A stretch of 64,000 bases of DNA. It comes from Camelus ferus (lineage: Eukaryota). Position 1 is the stretch's first letter. Every line of letters begins with the position of its first letter. The stretch is from NCBI RefSeq assembly GCF_009834535.1, contig NC_045698.1, positions 6,946,001-7,010,000 of the forward strand, in the 5' to 3' direction. Positions 41,156 through 52,113 of this stretch are shown here, piece by piece. The notes below the pieces were generated by a model. The model was not told where the DNA came from and made no database searches. It saw nothing but the letters and a program-made list of their open reading frames with translations. The translations under genes were made by a program, and so were the position numbers.

Positions 41156-42219
41156 CGTAGTGAGTCAACGAGTTCACTGCCAAGCTCTCTGGTCACCACA
41201 CAACTCCCATGTCAGGTGGACCCTTTCAGCAACCCTCTGGTCTGCGTCCACTGGGTCTCTTGCTGCTAAATGACGAGCTCGTGTGCTAAGGGTGCTTCCC
41301 GCTTGTTCCCCACACCAGCTCCCCGAGGTGAAGCAATGTGACTGCCAGGAGGGAAAATACGAAGAATGAGGCCTTGACAGTGCTCCTTAGTGAAATGTCT
41401 GACCAGATTACTGGAGCAATCAGAATGACCAAACTAATGCTTCAGGTAGTGCCTTATGCCTGGAAAACTACAGTAAGAAATTCATGAAGCTTGAAAGGGG
41501 TCTTGTGAGGCCCCTTTGTCTGTGGCCATTCTGCACAGATGAAGAGAAACCTCTTCGCTGACTTCTAAAGGAAGACTCCACAAAAAAAATTCATCTAACT
41601 GGCTCCAGGGCAGAGCATTGCTGCTACCTAGAAATTCCTTCACTTGAGTCCCCCTCCAGCGGCTGTGGTTCTGGTTTCCTACTGAGAGAACAGGAGACAA
41701 GCCGTAGAGTCCAGTCACTTCCTAGCAAACAGCAGCACAGCTTCAGTTAGACGAAATCATGTTTTACTTCAGTTTTGCCATATTAATAAAATACTGACGC
41801 ATTAAAAATTTGCCCCACTGCAAGGCAGCATTTCAAGGTTTTATGTTATAAAATGGCATGAGCCAATACAATATCTGATATTGTAACACCCAGAAACCAC
41901 CAAAAAGTATAAAGAAAAAACAAAGAAATGATAGCCCAGCCAAAGACTCCAGACCCTCACATATTGATCTTTTATTTTGTACTAGTGTTATCCGTTTCAA
42001 ATCAAAGATTTGCTCACAGGATGAGAGAATAAAATGATGAAAACACAGAAAGGTGCCACCTATAACAAGATATGTTACAAATTTCATGAGAATTAATCAT
42101 ATAATCGTCTAACAATCAATAAATTGTGCACCTCTTTCTCACTGTAACATATATGTGGACTCTGGTGGAGATAAAATTTATTTGAAAAAATTGATAAGAA
42201 CTTTGATTGAAATTAAAAG

Positions 42220-42365
42220 AATCTCTAATGTTGGTTTCCTGGTTTTGATATTGTACTAGAGTTGTGTGATATAAGGGGCAACTGGGACCTCCCTGTACAT
42301 TTTTTTTTTTATTGTTGTGAACCTATAATTATTCCAAACAAAAATTTAAAAAACAAAAAAGAAAG
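42220..42365 (+). mobile_element. Old L1 (L1MC/ME) 3' terminus
   Basis: tttcctggttttgatattgtacta...gggacctccctgtac...tgtgaacctataattattccaaa plus A tail. Confidence 0.7.
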
Positions 42366-42459
42366 AAAAAATATTCTACCCACAAAGGAACTGAAGTGGG
42401 ACCTTGGATGGAAAGAAGCCTATGGTCTGTAGAAGAACCATAGGATCAATCACCATCAG

Positions 42460-43440
42460 AGGTAGCAACAGTGGTAACAGTCATCACAGTAGCACTGGTA
42501 GTCAGCACAGTAACAGGAGTAACTGTAGCAGTCGCAGTAGCAGTAATTGTGGTAGTGGTAGTAATTGTTGTAGTAGTAATTGTAGTGGTGATAGTAATTG
42601 TCGTAGTGGTAGTAATTGTTGTAGTAGTAATTGTAGTGGTGATAGTAATTGTCGTAGTGGTAGTAATTGTCGTAGTAGTAATTGTCGTGGTGGTAGTAAT
42701 TGTCATAGTAGTAATTGTGGTGGTGGTAGTAATTGTCGTAGTAGTAATTGTGGTGGTGGTAGTAATTGTCGTAGTAGTAATTGTGGTGGTGGTAGTAATT
42801 ATTGTAGTAGTAATTGTGGTAGTGGTAGTAATTGTAGTAGTAATTGTGGTAGTGGTAGTAACTGTCATAGTAGTAATTGTAGTGGTGTTAGTAATTGTGT
42901 GTAGTAGTAATTGTAGTGGTTTAGTAATTGTTGTAGTAGTAATTGTAGTGGTGGTAGTAATTGTCGTAGAGTAGCAATTGTACGTAGCAGTGATTTTAGT
43001 AGTAGCAGCAGTAACGGGAATCACCGTCATAGTAAGCTTAGTAGAGTAGCAATTGTTGTAGGAGTACTAGTGGTGGTGGTAGTAATTGTCGTAGTAGTAA
43101 TTGTGGTGGTGGTAGTAATTATTGTAGTAGTAATTGTGGTAGTGGTAGTAATTGTAGTAGTAATTGTGGTAGTGGTAGTAACTGTCATAGTAGTAATTGT
43201 AGTGGTGTTAGTAATTGTTGTAGTAGTAATTGTAGTGGTGTTAGTAATTGTTGTAGTAGTAATTGTAGTGGTGGTAGTAATTGTCGTAGTCGTAGCAATT
43301 GTACTAGTAGCAGTGATTTTAGTAGTAGCAGCAGTAACGGGAATCACCGTCATAGTAAGCTTAGTAGAGTAGCAATTGTTGTAGGAGTACTAGTTGCAAG
43401 TAGCAGTACTAATGGTAGTAGTAGGCAGTAATAGTAGTTG
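42460..43440. repeat. Triplet-phased low-complexity minisatellite (33-bp unit) with ~320-bp internal duplication
   Basis: Unit ggtggtggtagtaattgtcgtagtagtaattgt with variants; 42751-43070 is nearly identical to 43071-43393. Confidence 0.95.
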
Positions 43441-44014
43441 TCAGGAAGCATGTACGTTCCTCAACTGTTGGGGCAAGGTAAAGAAAAAGTCCTGTTAAGG
43501 TAGAGGGGAAACATCTTAATTAAATTGAAATCTGTGTAAATCTGTCTCGTCATATTTACCAAAAGAAAGCAAGAAGCTTCCCCAAATACTTCAACCCCAA
43601 ACTGTATATTTCTCACTTAACTTCCCGGGAATTCAATCTTTAATTTGAAAGCATGTGAAGGGCTCACAGCATGTGAAATAGTGCATTGTTCATTAAATCT
43701 AAAGAAAGTATTTATTATAGGATATGGAATTTGTTTATATAACATTCATATTAATTCCTCAGCCTTGTATTAACTGCCCCCTACTCTTTAAGTTGGGTGG
43801 GTTCTTCCAGTTTTCAGAAAGCACCAGACTCTCTGGGACCTGCATGGCTTTCTCCCTACAGGTCAGCTTGAAAATAAATAATCACTGTAGCAGATTCAAG
43901 CCCACACGATTCAAAATTCATTTCTTTGTGAGGTGTCTCCCACTGTCAATCCAGTTGAGACATAAGGTGATGGGGCTGGAGAGGGAATATGGCAAAGATC
44001 CTGGAGATGCTTCA

Positions 44015-44420
44015 GATGTAAAGCACCTGCTAGGTGCCAATGCCATTCTAGACACAGAAGACTCGACAGCGAATGAGACAGTCGTGGTCTTCCCTGTTCT
44101 CAAGAAAGAGTGACCATAAGCACAAAATCCAACAAACAAGGCCATCTTGGGTAGGGTTACAAATTGGAGAAAATAAAAAGCAGACAATGTGATAGAGAAC
44201 AGAGGTTTGCAGCAGCCCTGGGTCAGGGAAGTCCCCCTGCGGGGCGACGTTTGAACTGAGACCCAAGAAAGAAAGTCAAAGGGAAGAAAGGGATTTCCTG
44301 CAACAGAGACATCAAAGGCCTGAAAATGAAAATCCATTTGGTCTTTGTGACACAGAAGTGGCCAGAAGGACAATAATTGGTGAGATCAGAGAGGAAGCTT
44401 GGGGCCAGGTTATTAAATCT
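44015..44420 (-). mobile_element. L2 3' fragment
   Basis: aaagcacctgctaggtgcc...gtcttccctgttctcaagaa...gacgtttgaactgagaccca. Confidence 0.6.
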
Positions 44421-44834
44421 GGATTGTTTAGTGTGGATGGGTTGGGGGTGGGGATGTGGGGCAGGGCCTGTAGTGAGAACTGTTCCTAGCTTTCCAGTTG
44501 GTGCACTAGGTGGAGAGGGTGTCACCCACTATAGTTGGGGAAGGGCCCGAGTCTGGGCCTGGACTTGTCCAGCAGAGGGCGCTGTGAGACACCTTCCGGT
44601 CTCAGGTCTCTGCTTGTGGGCCAGGGTAGCGCAGGGTCCCAACTGTGGGGACCCCATCCTTGCAGCTGCTCCCCTCTACAGCCTGGCCCCCTCCCCTGGG
44701 GCACTGCTGGGGGCAGGTGCAGCCTCCTCCGCTCTCAGGGCCCAAAGACCCCACTCCAGCCCCACCCTTCTTCTCCCCTGAGCCCAGGGGGTGTCACCCC
44801 TCCCCACGTGTGACTCCAACTCTTCTGCTGGTGC

Positions 44835-44920
44835 CTGTGCTCATTCCCATGGCTGCCGGAACAAACTGCCACAAACACAGTGGCTTAAAATAACACAAAT
44901 TAATTTCCTTGTAGTTCTTG
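44835..44920 (-). mobile_element. MLT1 LTR fragment
   Basis: ggctgccggaacaaactgccacaaacacagtggcttaaaataacacaaatt. Confidence 0.65.
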
Positions 44921-46599
44921 TAGGAACTGAGCCTTCCCTGCGTGGCATTCAGGACTCATCAGGCGGGACAGAGAGCTGGGCTTTCCAGGTTTACACTCCT
45001 CTGTGTGAGCTGTTCTCCTCTGCTTTCTGGAGGTAACTGGCTTGGTCTGAGACTAGCTTCCACTACAAACGAGTAGGAAAGTTTGGGAGACATGACTAAC
45101 CTCCAGGCGCCTGTCCCTGTTGAGCAGATACCATGCTCTGCTGAAGCGCACCCCAGGGACGTGTCAGGTGCGGCTGCCTCAGGGCAGCTCTCAGCAGAGA
45201 GACCGAGTGAAGGCCCATGATGTGCCAAGTCAGGGGGAACCGGATGGATCACAGGACCAACCTCCCCTTTCCAAGTGGCTCCCCTGTAGTAGTAGTCAGT
45301 GGTCACATGGCCTTGCTGAGCTGGGCAGGACCAGCACCGAAGCCACCAGGAGCCAATAGAAGTCTGGCTGCCACACACCACTGAGGGCCCAGGTCAGGGC
45401 CCAGGGATGCACTGCCCACAGACGACCCTGTAGTTAATCCCTCGTCTCCAGGCCCTGCGCTCTCCCACCAGGATGAAATTCCCGGACAAAGCCCACTGTT
45501 AAAGGCAGTGCACATCCTCCCAGTCCCTGCAGGCCTTGGGTCCCAACAACGTGACCATTCCAGGCTTTGCAAGGTAAGACTGTGCGCAGGGCTGCAGGAG
45601 GAAAGTGTGGCGAGCTCCCAAGCGGGGCTGTGGCCTTAAATGCAGAGAGGCCCCATGAACGTCCTGGAGGTAGTGAGTCACACACCGGAGATTACAAGAG
45701 AGGATGTGCGGGAGTTCACACCGACAGAGGGCACGCAGGCTGGCGAGAATGGAGCGTGTGCAGGCACACAGGAAATTGCACATGGTTCACATGGAGCCAT
45801 CTGCATGGACTCACGGGAGGGAGACTCACATGAGCTCACATGGAGGGAGACACAAGGCTCACGAGGGGAGATGACTCAACCCTTCAGGACCTAATGCCCT
45901 TCCCCCAACTCCCCCATTTACAGAGAAGAATGACCCGGGAAGGCCCAAGACTTGTCTCACCCCCCGCCCCAGCTCAGGTCACATCTGGGACTAGAGACCA
46001 GGATCCGTGTGACACGGTGTGATTTCTTTTCTTTGTTTCTTTCTTTTCTTTTTTTTTTTTTGTGGGTGGGGGGGGCTTCTTTAATTTTAAAAGAGACTGA
46101 GACAGAATTTCTCTCATTTCCAATTTTGTGCACAGGCGGGGCGAGGAGGCCTGAAGTCCAGTTTTGAAGCTCTGGGGGCACTTCCTCAAAGGCTGCCTGT
46201 GAGCTGGTGACAGAGTGGCAGCTCTGTTCACTGCAGCCTGTGACTGTGGAAGAGGAATTAGCTGAGAAGCCAGGTGAGCGCCTCCCCTGGGGCTGCGCTC
46301 GTCCCTGAGCACCGCCCGCGTCTCCTGGGGTGCTCCGCTCGCTCGGGCGCTGCTCACGCGCCGCCTGCTCCGGAGCCTGGCCCAGAGGGCGCCTCTCTCT
46401 CAGCCCGAATCCTCCTTTAGTTTGCTTCGCAGTGTTTGTGCCAAGGGGGATTTGACTGTGCGCGTCTTGTCTCTTTACTGTCTCTCTCCTCTCTAGAACG
46501 TTAGCAGGGTGAGGGCAGGACCTGCCCCTGGTCTGCAGAGAGCCTGGCGTGGAGCCGAGGCGCAGTCAGCACAGCTCAAGTGAAATAAATGCACGAGGG

Positions 46600-47084
46600 T
46601 GTCGGCTGAAATAAAATGCACAGCTAAAAGCTGAGAGTTTGTTTTATTTGGTGGACCTTCTGAGGACTCAGCCTGGATGGCAGCCTCTCAGACGGCTCTG
46701 AGGGATGGCTCCAAAGAGGTGGGGGAGGAGCCGGGATTTACGGGAGCTTTTATAACAAAGACCTAGGGAGGCAGAACACCAAAAGATGGCTGTTAATTAA
46801 AGAAGACTGATGGCTGAGGTTTAGGAACTTAGCGCTTTTCTACGTGGGAAGGTGCACAGGTCTGGGCTCAAGGAAATCATCCCTTTGATGTGCCCCTAGC
46901 TCTCTAGGGCCAGTGTCCTGTGCTTTCCGATCCTGAGTCCCCTCAGGGGGCACCACTAGGGGTGGCCACAGAGGCCAGGCTGCCTGCTGTCTACATTCTG
47001 AGTCCCCCCACTCACTGTCGGGGGCAGTGGTAGCAGCTGATGACTTGATGGCCACAGCATGGCTTGCGATATTTTTCATTCACA
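46600..47084 (-). mobile_element. ERV1 solo LTR (MER41-like, cetartiodactyl type)
   Basis: TG...CA ends, perfect TSD GAGGG (46595-46599 / 47085-47089), minus-strand TATAAAA (46748-46754) and AATAAA (46643-46648); family from recalled similarity. Confidence 0.85.
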
Positions 47085-50000
47085 GAGGGTTGGTTCCATT
47101 TCTAAAAGGCTATATTGGAGGATCTATGATGTTACATTAAAATAAAAAATTCTCTGGTGAGTTCCCAGAAAGCAACGATCTTGTGTCCCTACAACTCACT
47201 CTTGTTCCTGAAACAGTCATCATAGAGTAACCACTGAGTGGTGTAGGACTGTGTCTCTTTGATCTTGCCACAGGGGAGGCACTTCCCTGAGGGTTGATCT
47301 CCCAAGCCCACGTGCCGTGTCCCAAGGGCGGGGGAGTCACACCACGTACACGCCTCATCCCTGGCGACCATCCCGTGGCAGAAGTGAGCAAATGTCATTT
47401 TTCACACAGTTCCCTAGACTCCTGCTGAGAGCACATTTGTAAATGATTCAACGGTGATGGAAACTGACACTACACCGGAACCTTTCATCTTCCTGACAAC
47501 TTGTCATAAAATCAAACGCAATCCATGACGGTGGTCTTTCGAGATCATTCCATGCTTGGACGGTCATGTCAACACCAGAGCAATCTGGGATGTGTCAGTA
47601 GTGGAGGTAATTCCAAGGAGCCTGTACTGTCAGCACTCCAGAGTGGGTCCTCGGTACGAGTTCACTGGGCTACAGGGTTCCTACCAGAGGAGCCACATCG
47701 GTGAGGAGAAGCCTGAGGGAGAAGTCACCGTCAGTTCACCCTCGAGGACACCCCTGACAAGTGCTGGGGTCAGACTAAGTGAAAGGCGTAGACCGGGTTA
47801 CCCGGGCAGGTCTCATGACCCGTGATGTAAAATGTATGTTTAACACAGGCCACTCTGTCACCTGGAAACTGCTGCCCTTGAACAGGCGGTAAGCAGTGTG
47901 ATGGTTTCTATGAGTTTTAAATCACATTGAAGGACAATAAGCAAGTATCCCAACACCCAGCAGAATCCTGATCCTTCTTCACGAGACCTAGATGTTCAAG
48001 GAGGAAGTTCCAAATCTTAGCAACTTCACAAGTGTCAGCATTTATGCCCTTTTGCCCCTCTGCCGCCACCATCCACACGCACACCCCATTCACACTGGGA
48101 AAAGCCTGTACCCACAACAGCCTCTTTAGTAATGCAGCGTGGCGAAGAGGGCTGGAGACTGTTATGTTGTTCTTCTGCCCGAACCCAAGTGACAGGAGGA
48201 AACAGTTCCCAGCCCTCACAACCCTAAGATGCTAAAACCTGATTTGCAATTAGTTTGGTGCTGAATGCAAGTACCCAACAGAGCAGCACGGTAGCCAGAC
48301 CCACGATGCCACCGCACGAAACCATTAATAGTGCGCTTGTTGGAGACGGTTTGAATGCAGAACAAAAGGTACCTTGGAAATAATGGCCAGCTACAGAAAC
48401 CACATTCCTGAGCGGCGAGGCCTGAATTTAATGAAATGATGTGAAATGTCTGCTTGAAGCATTTCAAGGGTTTGGAATGTACTCCCTCACTCTTTGGAAT
48501 GGTTTGGGGTTGCACTGCTAATTAATACAAGTTCTCAGTGAAGTTCTGTGCACGTGTGCATGCGTGCATGTGTGCGGGTATGTGTGCATATGTGTGTGAC
48601 AATAGCAAATACCTACACCAAAACGCACAATGCCAGAAACTGCATTTCTCTGGAAAGGAACACCATTAAGTTTTAGCATCCACATGCATGGTTTGGATGT
48701 ATGCAGGAGCCTGCTTTAGGGATCAGGATGGTCATGATTCTGTAATGATCACTTCCTTTCCACCACTGCCAGCCTCTGTCTGCAGAGTTGTCTAATGGAG
48801 GTCCACAGAGAATAATCTGGAAGCCAGGAGGCCACAGGGACCTTCAGCACACAAGCATTAAGACATAAAAACAAACTCGGCGAATGCAAAAAGAAAATTA
48901 AATTACCTTTAAAAGGGTTATGAAGCCAGCTAGGAATGCTGAGGAAATTCATATAAGCCTCTTGCTGGCTGTCTTTGCTCCTAGAATCTAAATTCCAAAT
49001 GGTGTTGATGGGTACTCTCTCCAGTCCTTAAAAATACACCGATTCCTGTCACATAAGGATGAGGGTTCAATGAAGAATCAACATACAGTTCTCATAGGAG
49101 ATGGAAGAAAACGTCAGAAAAGACACTAGTTAACAAACGAAGAGAAATGACAGCCTCAATCTGGATTTGGAGAGCACCTCATAAATTGTTTGCACAGACG
49201 TGACATTATTTACATGGTAATTTCATGCTTCTCAGTACACAGACGACAATAAAACTTTTTAGGTGGCATAATGGGACCATTAATTCTATTAATGGATCAA
49301 CAATTCTTTCTAGACATTTTCTGTTGCTTCACCATCTTGATGTAATTGGCAGTATTGTTACATCTGCATTTCATCACCTCCTGGGAAAGGCAAGTCAGAA
49401 AGAAAATGAGTTTGCTAGCTTGCCCAGAAAAATAATATTTACTAGTGTCAAAATGTTTGAGGCACTTAGCTTCCTTTATTTGGAATGACCCCTTAGCCAA
49501 AGTAGTGGGGAAAAAAAATGTTTCAGGACTAAATAGTTTTCCACTCATTGAAAGAACAGAAGAAAGAGCTTTGTCTCCAATCCTTACTTCAGAAAGCACC
49601 CGAGACATGAGCCCGTACCAGCCACAAAACCCTAAGCTTCTCGAACTTGATGTTGCTACTGTTCCCTCAGACTCAGCTGAGTCAGCTCCATTTCGGTGGC
49701 AATGCTCTGGAAGCAAAAAAATGATAGATGACGGTTGTGGTGAGCTCCATTTCCCAAGCTCAGGAGGAATTCTCTCCCCTCCGCAATCACATTTCATCAC
49801 TTAATGTGCAATTTCCGCAGAGTACTCTCCAAACGGGGAAAGATAAGGAGGATGCCCTGGGATAGATTCAGATTCAAGAGATTCGAGCCTCACCCTTCAC
49901 CTGGAAAAATAGTCCATGTTGACCATCTGTAAATAGAATTATAGCGCCACCAACAACCATCCCTGATGCAAAAGTGCCTCAGTGAACAAAAATTAAATGC

Positions 50001-51489
50001 CTATGAAAAATGTTCTCTGCCCATCAACGTCTATCTGTTCTGGCCTTCTTTGCTTTTCCCATTTGTCTTTATTTTCACTGAGAGCCATACAGGATGCTGC
50101 CTTTCACTCCAAGCACATTTCTTCACAGCTGTGGCGGGGTGTGTATTGTCCTTGTCACCTATGGAGCTACATGGGAGAAAGAAATTACTTATTGATTTTC
50201 CTTCCTGTGGAATGGTGTCTTTGGAACAGTTTCTTGCACTAGGTCAGGGATGCACACAGCTCCAGCAGTGGGAACTTAGACACTGCCAGGCTGGGGGTGT
50301 CCTGCTCACCTGCCAGCCCCTCTCGGCCGCTGCCCCTCCCAAGATCACCAGCTCCGAGCTCTTTTGATAAGACACACAAAAAAAGAGTAGGCACTTCAGA
50401 AGTTGAAAGAATGAACAAAAAAAAATGGTATTTTCCCACCTGACCGGTTGAAACAGCCTGGTGTGAGCTTTGTTTTATTCCTTTATTCTCAAAGAGGTTT
50501 GGGATGGCTCATTCTGAAAGGACGATGCAGCTTAGACGTGCGGAGAGAGCAGAAATAGACAAAGGCACAGAGCTGGATCAAGACCAGGCACAGGCAGCCG
50601 GCAGGCCCTGCATGCCAGGGGGTGGGAGGAAGCTGGGTGGGAGAGGTGAAGGACTCCTAAGAGAGGGAGGAGTCCTTCATAGAAGGCAGGGGCACCTGCG
50701 CTTTGTCCGGGGAGTGGCAAAAATCTGGCCCACCCCTGTTGTCTGTGTGGTTTTTGTTTTATCATGCGTGCTTTGCTTTGAGCGAACATTGATATTATAA
50801 CATTATGTAAGTGTCCCATGTACAGCATCATGTTTCTTCTTGTGTGTACCCTTCAGAGTGCTTACTTCCCACCAAAAGTGTAGTTTCCAGATAAGCCTTT
50901 ATTGGATCAGAGTGCTCCACCTGAGGCCAAAGTGTCCCGGCCAGTGGCTCACGTAGACCTGCGTCTGTAGGGACGGATGAAAGCTGAAGGTCTGGGGAAG
51001 ACGGAGTCAGGCAGCAGCTCACACCCCACTGGCCCCGGGCCCCCACCCCACACTCTCTGTCTTTGTTCCTGCTGTGATCCCACTGGCCCTCGAGGGGGAG
51101 CCTCATTCTGCTCATCCTTCTGACAAATCCTCTTCTTGCTACAGAGATGCCCCAAACCCCAGCTTCCTGCCATCAGCTTAGAGCACTCTGGAAGTTCCAG
51201 AGGGTCATTGGGTGATACTGGCTTTTTTTTTTTCAATGATTATAATAAAAGCCAGTTGAAATCTCTTTCTCCAAACTATACTTTAATTTTGTCCCAATGA
51301 GCTGCTCTCTGTAGGAGATAACAGTAAGCTGTGAAGAAGACAGTTTTTAAAAGTCATCCGACTACCTCGTGCTTATAGATTAAGCCCTTGCTGCAGCTTT
51401 TGAAGAAGTAAACAAGAATCTGACTCAAATCAGGTTATGCTTGGTTGTAGTTAAAGAGAAAATGCCAAGGGGAATAAGTCATCAACTCT

Positions 51490-51575
51490 TCTAATAACAA
51501 AATTATATAGATACAGATACACAGATATGTACATCCTGTTGGTTCTGTTTCTCTAGAGAACCCTGGCTAACACAC
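51490..51575 (+). mobile_element. MLT2 LTR 3' end fragment
   Basis: tcctgttggttctgtttctctagagaaccctggctaacaca. Confidence 0.75.
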
Positions 51576-51629
51576 ATGCACATATAGTAGGATCTCATTT
51601 TGATAAATTACTACAACAATGTAGATTTA

Positions 51630-52113
51630 GTTGTCAACAACGGATCGCAGTGTGCCCCCAGTTTGTTCGGGCCGCCCAGGATCTATACTCTTGATAGGCC
51701 CTTCCACGCTGACTCTGGGCTGAGCCGTTTAACTCGACTTTTACCAGTGAGACCACAGCAAATGTGATCTAAGCAAAGACTAGAAAAGTGCTGCATGTTG
51801 GAGCCTACCTTTCTGCTCCTCTTGAAATCGGAGGCCATCGTGTGACCTGGCCCAGGGTCGGCTGCTGGAGGGAGCAGAAGCCACTGAAGATAGGTCCCAG
51901 ATGTCCCACCTGTGCAAGTCAAGGCCGACCCACCAGCTGACTGCAGGTAAGGAGGAAGCCCAGGTGAGGTCACCTGAGACTGGCCTGTGCCGGATGCCCA
52001 GCTGAACCCAGTCCAATTGCCAAAATGAAGAATCATGAGCTAAATAAACAGTGGGCATTTCAAGCTTCTAAGTCTGGGGATGGTTTCTTAATGAAGCAAA
52101 TAATAACTAAAAC
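51630..52113 (+). mobile_element. MLT1 (F/G/H-like) MaLR LTR
   Basis: tgactctgggctgagcc...cccagctgaacccagtcc...aatcatgagctaaataaa...taactaaaaca. Confidence 0.75.

Noticed and set aside
42446..43353. Mucin-like poly-Thr or poly-Val membrane protein gene
   Set aside because: Translations of a simple repeat; no signal peptide, flanking domains or splice sites
44439..44466. G-quadruplex-capable G runs
   Set aside because: Common in mammalian DNA and without functional context here
45780..45870. Degenerate short tandem repeats (ctcacatgg/ggagggagac)
   Set aside because: Too short and irregular to support any interpretation beyond local slippage
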